From Malacoraja senta (taxonomy: Eukaryota): 64,000 bases of DNA. Under the pieces are notes generated by a model, which made no database searches, had not been told where the DNA came from, and saw nothing but the letters and a program-made list of their open reading frames with translations. Numbering within the stretch: the stretch's first letter is position 1; each line of letters opens with the position of its first letter. The position numbers and the translations under genes were made by a program. Shown here one piece after another: positions 1-9,965 of this stretch. The stretch lies in NCBI GenBank assembly GCA_038087875.1, contig CM075978.1, forward strand, positions 186,248,001-186,312,000, given 5' to 3'.

Positions 1-429
1 CAGTGGACAAATTAGCGGAAGATTTTCAAAGAAAGTACAAATTAATACTTAGCGAGGCACTGACTAATCATAAAAAGGGAGCATGAATTTGTGAAATGTA
101 GACGTGTTCATGGAGAGGGGCTAGGAATTTGTTTGGTACAGAGATAATTCAATACACTTCCAATAAATGAATGGAACAAATCATTATTTCTTTATGCAAA
201 AACTTTAAACCTTAATGCTTTCTATGTTCCTAATTGATGTGTCACATTCAAATATCATGACTGTGAATGCAGGCTTCTAGCAATTACTCTATTTCAAAAT
301 TTTGAAATATCGTACTTTGCCCTACCTCTGTAATCTTGTTCACACTTCCAACCCTCTGAAATGATTCCATGTTATAAAGTCCATCCCTGGCTTTAATCAC
401 TTTAGAGGTTGAACAAACGTCTATTAGGG

Positions 430-800
430 GTTGAGGGGAGACTAGATAGAAGTATATCAATTTATGAGAGGTAGAGATCGGTTACACAGTCAGAGTATTT
501 TTCCTCAAGGCGGAAATGTCAAAGACTAGAGGGCATTGCTTTAATGCAAGAGGGGCAAAATTTTGAGGAGATGTGAGTGCAAGTTTATTTTTAATTCAGA
601 GGGAGGTGGATGACTGGAACGTGCTGCTGGGAAAAGTGGTGGAGGCAGATACAATAGTGTGCTTAAGACGGTTTTAGATAGGCACATGGAAATGCAGGGA
701 ATAAATGGACATCTGGATTATGTGCAGGCAGGTATTATTTTTTTTGCATTATGATCGACACAGGGGGGGCCGAGGGGGCTGCTCCAGTGCTGGAGTTTTC
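430..800 (+). mobile_element. Degenerate CR1 LINE 3' fragment
   Basis: Resembles CR1 ORF2 C-terminus (RGRLDEVY..MRG.DR; KTRGH) and 3' UTR of other copies in the window. Confidence 0.65.
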
Positions 801-1029
801 TAAGTTTACAAATGGTGCCCATGCTCTAGACTCCAGAATTGCCTCATTCATTCGTAAACAAAAACAAATTATCTGGTCAACATTGCCTTGCTATTTGTGA
901 GAGCTACTGTACTACATTTCAAAAGTACATGAAAAATGTCCTGAAAAGCGCTGTATAAATGTAGATTGATTTAATCGAAACTGCAACTCTTGCAGCAAGC
1001 GGCCTCACGTTGACCTAAATCGTCTTTAG

Positions 1030-1195
1030 GTAGACACACAATGCTGGAGTAACTCAGACATCAGACTGAAGACGGGTCTCGACCCAATACGTCACCCATT
1101 CCTTCTCTCCAGAGATGCTGCCTATCCCGCTGAGTTACTCCAGCATTTTGTGTCCACCTTAGATTTAAACCAGCATCTGCAGTTCTTTCCTATAC
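1030..1195. mobile_element. Penelope-like terminal-repeat (pLTR) fragment, inverted arrangement
   Basis: GCTGGAGTAACTCAG...CTGAGTTACTCCAGC; degenerate CTGAAGA..GGGTCTCGACCC; same sequence as ends of the GIY-YIG elements at 46-48 kb. Confidence 0.75.
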
Positions 1196-1223
1196 ATAAG
1201 TAGTCTTTAATTTAGCTTAGAGA

Positions 1224-4200
1224 TGGTCTGCTTGGTGTGTAGGATAGTGACGGTGTGCAATCCCTGCACGCTAACACTATCCTACACACACTAGGGACAA
1301 TTTACAATTTTACCAAAACCAATTAACCTACAAACCTGTATGTCTTTGGAGTGTGAAAACCGGTAATCCCGGAGAAAACTCACGCGGTCACTGGGAGAAC
1401 GTACATGGGTGTGCTGCAATTGTGGACTCCCCAATTTTCATTCTTCATTTTTTAGCCACGCAAGCATTAATTTGGCAAACAGCTTAGAATATCTCAACAT
1501 ATCTGCAGACTCTGACGTTGTACCTAGTCTTGACTCAGCTTCACCTATCCCTAGGACATCTAGTCCGATAGTAGACCGTAATCAGACCGTCTGAAAAAAG
1601 CAACAATGGTGGTAATAAAACTTCGAGGCCAAGTCAAAGCCTAAGAGGATGAAGTTTGGTCATAGTAAACAAGAAACTTAAAAAATTCTTAATCTCAATT
1701 GCCAGAGCATTAGAGCAAAGAAAGCAGAATTCCAGGCTCTTATAGACCACGAAAACCCAGACATAATAATCGGTACAGAATCTTGGTTGAACAAAGGCAT
1801 TGCCGCAGGTGAAAATTTTCCAACATTCTACCAGGTGTTTAGAAAGGGGACTCTCATGGGGGTGTATTCATCGCTATTAGGAGCTTGTATATTGCTACTG
1901 AAGAAAAAGATCTTGATGCAAACTGCGAGGTGCTGTGGGTTAGCATTCACATAAAGGGGCTAAAGCCTACATACATCGGGGCATTTTACCGCCCTCCATC
2001 GTCAGGACAGGAACATTTAAGAGAGCTTGAAGCTTCTTTATTTAAGATTCCGAAGTCTGCTTCTGTATGGCTACTGGGTGATTTTAATCTCCCTGATATA
2101 AACTGGTCCAGCAATTCTCTTCGTACTGGGGGAAGAAATACCGCATGTAGCAAGATTATGTTGGATTTGGCCAATGATTTCAACCTCACCCAAATGGTTG
2201 ATAAGCCCCCTAGACAGAAATATACTTGACTTGTGTTTTGTCAGCCATCCCTCCTTTGTAGAAAGTTATGATGTGACATGAGGCATAAGCGACATGATGC
2301 TGTTATTGTCCAAGCCAAGATGACAGCTAAAGCAGTTAGACCACCGAGAAGGAAGATTTTCCTCTACAAAAAGGCAGATTTCTCTTCCATAGATGAACTC
2401 TGAATTTAATGAGAAATTAACAGGAGATTATGTGGCAGCAACAAACATTAAAACGCTGTGGTTAGATTTTAAACAAGTTCTTGTCGGGGCCATGGACCGT
2501 TTTATTCCATCAAACATGTGTTCCACCAGATATAATTTACCATGGGTAAATTCATCAATTAGGCGTGCAATTAAGAAAAAACAAAGGCTTTATAACAGAG
2601 CAAGAAAATCGGGGTCAACTTCCGCATGGACAGATTTCAAGAAATTTCAGCGTTCAATTGACAGACAAATCAGGAAAGCGCATCAAGAATACATCCATGA
2701 TGTGATAAGGGAAAGTTAAAAATCAGAAGACACAAAGCCTTTCTGGAATTACATCAAGAAAATATTTGGAATCTCAAGCCTTACATTGATGGGGCAGACA
2801 GTTTCTTTGGCAGCAGACAAGGCCGAAGTGTTAAATCAGCAGTTTTGTTTGTTTTTTACTGAAGAAAACCTAGATGAATTCCCGTCATTGAACTCACAAC
2901 AAACTCCAAAAATTGCAGATCTTAAGGTAACAACGAACGGGGTGCAGAAATTATTGGAAGAAATAAAACCAAAAAAGGCATGAGGGCCAGACCAGATATC
3001 AGCCAGAGTTTTAGAGAATTGCTCAGCAAGCTTAGCTCCAGTCTTCCAAAAGATTTTTCAGAAGTCTGTGGATAGTGGAGAACTCCAAGAAGATTGGCTG
3101 AATGCTAACATTGTTCCCGTCTATAAAAAAGGAGATAGGATAAATCCTGCAAATTATTGCCCAGTTTCACTGACCTCCATACCATGCATGATTCTCGAAC
3201 ATATAATCCACCGACATATTATGGACCATATTGACTTCCACAAGGTACTAACAAACCACCAACATGGCTTTAGACAGGGTCGATCATGTGAAACCCAACT
3301 GGCGGGACTCATCGATGATCTAGCCAGGTCACTCAATAACAAGGGTCAGACTGACCTGATTATATTAGACTTCAGTAAGGCTTTTGAAAAGGTTCCCCAT
3401 AAGCGGCTCCTGTACAAGCTCAACCATGTAGGAATAGACGGCAACCTCTTAAAAATGGATTGAGATATTTTTGACAAGGAGACACCAGCGAGTTCTCTTG
3501 GAGGGAGAGACGTCTATTGAAACTTCTGTAACATCAGGTGTACCACAGGGGACTGTCATGGGTCCATTGCTTTCCTACTGTATATCAATGACATTCCAAA
3601 TGCAGTTTCGTCCAGAGTTCGACTCTTCGCAGATGATGCCATAATTTATAGCGAGAGTAAAACACCAGAAGACAGCTTGTCCTTACAGAAGGATGCTGGA
3701 TGCTCTCTGTGATCATCATACAAGATCAAAACACTTTTATCGGAATACAAAATGGGTAGCCATACATTGCTTCCTGTCGACCATCACCCATATCTAGGAG
3801 TCGAATTAAGCAAAGATTTAAGTTGGGCGACGCATATTAATCAAGCGTCTAACAAGGCAAATAGAACTCTCGGCCTTCTCAAGAGAAATTTTCTCGCATG
3901 TAGTACATCCGTCAAAGTGAATGCCTACAAGTCCTTGGTCAGGCCCAAATTGGAGTATTGTGGAGCCGTATGGGATCCTTTCAACAACAACAACAAGATC
4001 ACCCTGGAGAAAGGTCCTCCCTCCACCACCTCCAGTTTAAATTCCATTTGGAATATTTTGGAGGACCAAGAAACCAAGAACCAAGAACGCCGAGCAGCCC
4101 ACTTTGTATGTAATGACTACAAGCGCAAATCAAGCGTGAATAATATGCTGACTTCTCTTGGATGGGATCCCCTAGAGCTCCGCAGAATTAGGCTAAGACT

Positions 4201-4643
4201 TATTGCAATTTACAAGGAGATTCACAAAATCACGCCATCAAATCTCCCGTCATCCCAGAGCACCAACTGTCATGAAACAAGACAAAATAACTGTCCCTAC
4301 ATCATTAACTTGCTAAATTTCAATAAACTTTGCTACCAATATTCTCTTTACCCAAGGACGATAAGGGAATGGAATATGTTACCACCCAACACACGCGCTG
4401 CTCCTGAAGCTGTCATTTAAAAAGGGGATTGAGCAACTAGATCTCCTCAACTTGGCCAAAAAGGCCCACTTCAAAATTTAATCGCTATTCTACTCACTCC
4501 GACCTGCGCGAGATAACCACTAATGAGGTGTTTGCGCAGTGATCAACCAGAACCAGAAAACTCCGCACAGACAGCACACGTTATCAGGATCGAACCCGGG
4601 TCTCTGGCGCTGTAAGGCAGCAACTCTACCGCTTCACCACCGT
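1224..4643 (-). mobile_element. tRNA-derived SINE (V-SINE/HE1-like), split by a LINE into 1224-1405 and ~4558-4643
   Basis: Minus strand has A box TGGTGAAGCGG and B box GGTTCGATCC (4587-4596); halves rejoin as GGGAGAACGTACA|AACTCCGCACAGAC, like the intact copy at ~8150-8430. Confidence 0.8.
1406..4557 (+). mobile_element. CR1-group LINE (APE endonuclease + RT), decayed, with PHD-like remnant and (AACCAG)n tail
   Basis: WVCCNCGLPNF; LNLNCQSIRAK..IIGTESW; FYRPP; LGDFN; NYCPVSLTS; QHGFRQGRSCETQL; LDFSKAF; SGVPQG; LFADD; LVRPKLEYC; LYPRTIREWN; multiple stops and frameshifts. Confidence 0.9.
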
Positions 4644-4670
4644 CTTGGTATTCCCTCGTGAAAGTCTTAC

Positions 4671-4720
4671 CCTGGGTTCAGAGCTTGTGTTTTCGGACGC
4701 CCCCCTGAAGGAGTAGACAT
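4671..4720 (-). CDS. Candidate first coding exon of a divergent gene (TSNAXIP1 expected by synteny; peptide not recognised)
   Basis: Minus ATG at 4720, MSTPSGGRPKTQALNP(G), strong donor AGG|GTAAGA at 4670; just downstream of the X-box. Confidence 0.35.
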
Positions 4721-4766
4721 AACTGAGATGAGAAAAGCTGGATCTCCCTCTTTTTGTGTACAGCCC

Positions 4767-4780
4767 GTTGCCATGGCGAT
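4767..4780. promoter_or_regulatory. RFX X-box-like motif
   Basis: GTTGCCATGGCGAT vs consensus GTTGCCATGGCAAC. Confidence 0.55.
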
Positions 4781-5275
4781 CCGTAAAGGCCCCCGACGCT
4801 TCGGACCCCACGTTACCTTTGATGCCTGTCACAGAGTAGCGAGAGCCACCTACGGCCGGCAGCAGCAACATTATATGTAATACAGCGAAAGCGTATATTT
4901 AATTGAGCGAGCATCGCGTGGGTTCTGTTAATTTATTTCATACCAAAGTAATCGTGAATTTGACCTCTAATTTTAAAAAAAACGACACGAAAGGCTGGAG
5001 TCGATGTTGACATTGCGATTAATGTCGCCGCTCGAAGTCGACCGACCCGCATTCCAGCTGTTTGTTTTCGCTCAGCATGTGCAGCCTTGTGGGTATTGTA
5101 GTGCCTATTGTCCGGAGCCTATGAAGAAGACGCTCACTTATATTATCCGTGAGCTTACCCTCCCATTGCGTCCTTATTTCAACTTTAAAAAACCCTTTTA
5201 AAGTGAACGTGGGGTAATTCCTCTTGATTTAATCGACCCCTGTTTTCAGAATCGTGATTTTGACAGTTTGGTAGG

Positions 5276-5444
5276 GACTACAACTCCCAGCATCCCCCGC
5301 GTGTATATTGCCCCGCCCTCCTCAATTCACCGACCCCCCCTCCGCTACCCGCGGCGTTCGGGTGCCCCCGACACCCAATCAGTTACCGAAGCGGCGGGTT
5401 GGTGCGTCGTGCTGGAACCGCGTTGCACCCCGGGAGTTGTAGTC
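5276..5444. promoter_or_regulatory. Inverted pair of ZNF143/THAP11-type motifs in a CpG-rich promoter
   Basis: GACTACAACTCCCAGCATCCC at 5276-5296 (+) and GGGAGTTGTAGTC at 5432-5444 (same 13-mer on minus). Confidence 0.75.
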
Positions 5445-5599
5445 GCAATTCCCTCCCACTGCGCTAACAGTCCGCGGATATTAACTTCAACCCCCGTCGG
5501 TCCTAGCGCGCAGCGCCCGGGCCCTGAACAGTACGGCCACCAATGAGGTGCCAGTACAATCCGTTCGTTATCCGGGATATACACACAATAGGATCCAAG

Positions 5600-5792
5600 A
5601 TGGCCGAGTTTGGAGCTTCAAACCACGGGGACTCTGCGCTGAATTATCAAGAAAAAGAGTTAAATGAAAGATTAAAGCGTCTCTATCCAGCTGTGAATGA
5701 AGATGAGACCCCACTGCCTCGATCGTGGAGCCCGAAGGACAAGTACAACTATATCGGACTGTCACAGAACAATCTCCGTGTACACTATAAAG
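5600..5792 (+). CDS. RANBP10: RAN-binding protein 10, coding exon 1
   Basis: AAGATGG start; [64 protein letters not shown](G), then donor AG|GTAATC at 5793. KDKYNYIG, and HGKNHKD in exon 2, are RANBP10-type rather than RANBP9-type (KDKFSYIG, HGKTPKD) as recalled. Confidence 0.92.
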
Positions 5793-6458
5793 GTAATCTC
5801 TGTGGAATAATCTAGTTTAATCCTGTAAAAAAGGGAACCTGGTGGGTGATCGTGTTGTGAATAGTGATTTTTTTTCTGTTCATTTAGAAGTATGATTGGC
5901 ACTGTGACAGGTAACGTTCTTAATGCTGATTGACGTCATTGAATTCTCTTGGTTGTAGTTCCAGTAAATATTTAATTTTATTTTTAAGATGTTGTTTCCA
6001 CAATTTATACAATCACTTCTCTACATATGTGATTTAAAATGTGCCCCATTCCTGGCGTTATGCCCGCTTGTTAAATGATTACCGAATGATTTCTGAGCAA
6101 CAAAGTGCCTGCTGATCGTCTCAATGGTGGCAGTGCAGTATCATATTTTGTTAGTTGCTTTAAATAAACATCTCCTTTTGGCTGAGCTTCTTATATTGTT
6201 CAAAATTGTAACAATATTCGTATGTAGTCCTTTGACAATGAAGGAAATCCTACAGACCCCAGTGAAGGATATTTATTTGATGGTTCGTCAGCAGTTAAGA
6301 TGGATTTACAAAAGAAAATATGATTTCATTTGTTTTCTTGAGGGTCATATTTGCTTTAACAGTGACATAATTCCATTGCGAAAACTGAGATTTGATTAAT
6401 TTAGATGCTAAAATCCCGTAAGGTGCTTCTGAAGGTGATTATTGTTTTCCTTCATCAG

Positions 6459-6570
6459 GACATGGAAAAAATCACAAAGATGCTGCATCCGTTCGTGCAA
6501 CGCACCCGATCCCCGCTGCTTGTGGCATTTATTACTTCGAGGTGAAAATCGTGAGCAAAGGCAGAGACGG
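6459..6570 (+). CDS. RANBP10: RANBP10 coding exon 2 (112 nt, SPRY domain)
   Basis: Acceptor TTTTCCTTCATCAG, donor GG|GTAAGT; encodes (G)[36 protein letters not shown](G); phase fits exon 1. Confidence 0.95.
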
Positions 6571-6657
6571 GTAAGTCTTTTCCTGCCGTCTCTGACATTA
6601 CGTGACTCTTTCATGGCGGTGGCTGGATTCCTTACTTGCATCTTTCATTGTTCGCAG

Positions 6658-6710
6658 GTACATGGGCATCGGACTGTCTGCTCAGGGTGTCAACATGAAT
6701 CGGCTCCCAG
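6658..6710 (+). CDS. RANBP10: RANBP10 coding exon 3 (53 nt)
   Basis: 87-nt intron 2 ends TTGTTCGCAG; exon encodes (G)YMGIGLSAQGVNMNRLP(G); donor CAG|GTAAGG. Confidence 0.95.
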
Positions 6711-6868
6711 GTAAGGCACTGTTGTGTAATTGCTGCTGATATTCGAAGTACATGACTTAGATTGGGGCGAAAAATCAAAACACATGTGGATTATTTTTGC
6801 TTGTTTAGTGGAAAGTCGAGTTAAAGGGAGGGGGACGGTGCAGGTCGTATTGATTGTCTGAAAATGCC

Positions 6869-6986
6869 GGTGACGTGCTTTGGTTTAAGTAGATCTTCCA
6901 TTTACCAAATCCAGTAAAACTAGGGAGCTGGTCACGTGCTCCCTTCTGGTACATTTGTTGACATTATTAGCATATGATCACGTGAC
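6869..6986. promoter_or_regulatory. Cluster of CRE/E-box (CLEAR-like) motifs at start of intron 3
   Basis: GGTGACGTG 6869, GTCACGTG 6931, TCACGTGAC 6978; a full TGACGTCA also lies at 5931 in intron 1. Confidence 0.35.
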
Positions 6987-7609
6987 GGCTGCGCGCAGTG
7001 CAGCAGAGAGACAAGGGATGGATTGTGTGTGTTTTTATGCTCATCAGTTTTTTTTCCATATAATACTTTTAAAAATATATATGCAGCTATTCACGCTGAG
7101 GCCGTGCAATTGTGCAGAATTATCCTTTCCCATGATGTACATGTTTCCATGTTGAAACGATGAGACTCTTTAAACAAAGCAACTTCAAAATTTCCTGTCT
7201 TCTCAACAGCATAATATTTTGGAAATGGTGTAAAAATGCATTAATACTTATTTGTTTTGACATTAGTATGAGTTTTATTTACAGCAGTTTTATTTATATT
7301 GTAATTTTGCCAATTGGTTATTGTGGTAGTACAGCACTAAAGTAATTCTTAACATGTTATCTTTACTCAAACTCTTAAAAAAAAAAAACCTGCTAGAATA
7401 TTTACGGCTGATTGCAAGAGGCTGTAGTTCTATTTAGAGACTGCAAGGAGTATATGTAGCTTATGTGAGTGGCTGGATTTGAGTCTGAAGAAGAGTCCCG
7501 ATCCGAATTATCATCTATCCAGGGATGCTGCGTGACCCACTGAGTTTTTCCAGCGCTTTGTGTCATTTTGTTTAAACCAGCATCAGCAGTTCCTTGTTTC
7601 TACTTCTCA

Positions 7610-8110
7610 GCAGAGATTTGATGGTGGATTATAATGTGGGAAAATGGGAAATTGTCCATTTAGGACAGTTTTTTTTTTAAGTTCAGCAAATAAAAATGGA
7701 AGGTACTTGCAGAACTCTGAGATGCAGAGCATTCTGGGTGTCCTGGTGAATTATTTTTAAATGGCGAGATTGCAGATACACCACTTAATTAGGAAAGCTT
7801 TTCGAATGTCACTTATTGCTCGGGGAATTGCATCGAAGAGTAAAGTGGTTTGCTTTAGTAATGTAGGGCATTAGTGAAACCATGTTTGGTGTCCTTATTT
7901 TAGGAAGGATGGAAATACTTTGGACTAATTCAAAGAAGGTTTCTTGGACTGGAACCAGTATTTTTGGGGTTGCTAATACAAGGACATTTTGGATGGGCTT
8001 AGCTTGTCTGCTGGAGTTTCAGTGACTTAATGGAAACATATAATATCATCAGAGGTCTTGACAAGATGGATATGGAAAGGCTATTACCTTAGGCAAATTT
8101 TGAACTAGCA
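7610..8110 (+). mobile_element. Highly degenerate CR1 RT C-terminal fragment
   Basis: Remnants of YNVGKWEIVH, LGVLV, ALVKP, YFRKD, YSLEF motifs. Confidence 0.55.
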
Positions 8111-8149
8111 GTCAGTATTTTTTTTTTAAAGCCGTAACCCAGTTAGTTT

Positions 8150-8432
8150 TGTTTGTAAATACAGCATGGAAATAGGCTCTTCGGCCCACTGAGTACACGT
8201 TAATCATCAATTACTCTTTCACACTAGTTCTATGTTATTCCACTTTTGCATCCACTTCCAACACACTAAGGGCAATTTTAGAGGCCAGCTAACCTACAGA
8301 TCCACACGACTTTGGGATGTAGGAGGAAACCCATGTGGTCACAGGGAGAACGTGTAGACTTCGCACAGCCAACACCCGAGGTCAGGATTGCATCCGGGTC
8401 TCTGGCGCAGTGAGGCAGCAGCTCTACCATCT
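8150..8432 (-). mobile_element. tRNA-derived SINE copy
   Basis: Homologous to the split SINE (AACCTACA..GGGAGAACGT..CAGGATTG..GGGTCTCTGGCGC). Confidence 0.75.
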
Positions 8433-8954
8433 GCGTATTTCATATTCATGTGATGCTCATTTAATATACATATGTCACAGCTCTTTGAAAGTTCCTCATG
8501 GACTGGCAAAAGCAATGTCTTTGAATATTTTATAGCATTGATAGGAAGATTCCCAATGAGCATGAGTGGTTTCCGGGGAGGTAGTTGATGTGATCAATTA
8601 CTCTATGATCTTATTAAATGGCAGTGAATGTTGAGGATCTTCACGTCCTAATTCTGATGTTTGTTATTTGCTAGTTCTTCACCTAATATTTGGTGTTCCA
8701 AAATTCCTTTATGTAATTATTAAATGTAATAAACTGTTGTGTAAAGCATTCTTTCCCCGAAAAAAGTTTGATTATTATACCAACGACACAGACTTTCATT
8801 GTCCATTTGGCTCTTGAAAGTATGTGAGTTTGGGGACTATCATGTCTGGCCTCATTGCTGCCTTTGCAATTATTACCATGTTTTGATGTCTTCAAACAGA
8901 TTTTGACTTGCATTCAGCATTTTTTTTTTGTTTAAGTACTATTGGGCTTGCAAA

Positions 8955-9188
8955 AAAAGGCTCAAATTGCTGGAATCACTCAGCGGGTCTGGCATCATTT
9001 CATGAGAACATGGATAGGTGACGTTTTAGGTCAAGTCCCTTTCTCCAACTGCCCTTCTTTAGGCTGATCAGTTTGAAGAAGTGTCCCAACCTTGCCTGTC
9101 CTTGTTCTCTAGAGATGCTGCCTGACCCATTGAGTTACTTCAGCACTTTGTCTTTTTCGTAAACCACCATCTGCAGTTCCTTGTATTT
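8955..9188. mobile_element. Inverted Penelope pLTR fragments
   Basis: GCTGGAATCACTCAGCGGG...TGAGTTACTTCAGC...ATCTGCAGTTCC. Confidence 0.65.
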
Positions 9189-9687
9189 CCTTACTCATGC
9201 GCATCTTTCATCTTCTCTCTGACACCCTCTTCTCATCTTGCTCCATAAGCTGAGGATAGGTGCTGTACGTGCACCATCATATCATTTCTCAGAAAAAAAT
9301 TAGATTGTGAAACTAAAACTTTGTGGCGCAGAAATATTGGCCCAAAGAAGTTGTCTAAATTATCTGACTTTCTTTTTTTTGCTCAATTGCTTTGCATGTT
9401 ATTTGTTTACATTTATTTATCCTGTACCCATTTAGAAACTTTGTATTAATATGCACCCACCATCCTTCAGGCAATGTATTCTGTAATAATCCATCACTCT
9501 AAAATAAACCCTAGTCTTCTGACTATTAGTGCCTAAGCCTGAAGTCCTTTGATGTGTGATTATTATGTAAGTTTCCTTTCATTCATTATGTTAACAAGTA
9601 TTATTACTTTGAACACCTGTTACGTCCTCCCATTTGTCTTATAATGCTTGGACTTTGTAATTTCAAAATGTGGTATTTTAGTTTAAT

Positions 9688-9965
9688 TTTGAGATACAGC
9701 ATGGAAACATGCCCTTTGGCCCACCGAGTCCATATCAACCATTGATCAACCGTTTGCACTGGTTCTGTGTTATCCCACTTACTCATCAACTCCCTACACA
9801 CTTGGGGCAATTGACAGAGGCTAATTAACCTACAACCTGCACGTCTTCGCATTTGGGAGGACACCAGAGCATCCGGTGGAAATGCACACAGTCATTCAAC
9901 GTGCAAACTAAAACACAGACAGACACTGAGGCAGCAGCTTTATAAGCTGCACCACTATGTTGCCC
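9688..9965 (-). mobile_element. Degenerate tRNA-derived SINE
   Basis: GATACAGCATGGAAACA..AATTAACCTACAAC..CAGACAG..GCAGCAGC. Confidence 0.65.

Noticed and set aside
4570-4643. tRNA gene
   Set aside because: A/B boxes belong to a SINE head that continues into the SINE body.
4626-4871. 81-aa single-exon minus-strand gene
   Set aside because: Runs through a strong splice donor into the SINE; no recognised homology.
5543-5599. Upstream in-frame ATG giving a 19-aa extension of RANBP10
   Set aside because: Weak context, overlaps a CCAAT motif; the 5600 ATG has strong Kozak context and fits the homologous N-terminus.
5600-6710. RANBP9 assignment
   Set aside because: Diagnostic KYNY and KNHK residues and lack of a long Pro-rich N-terminus favour RANBP10.
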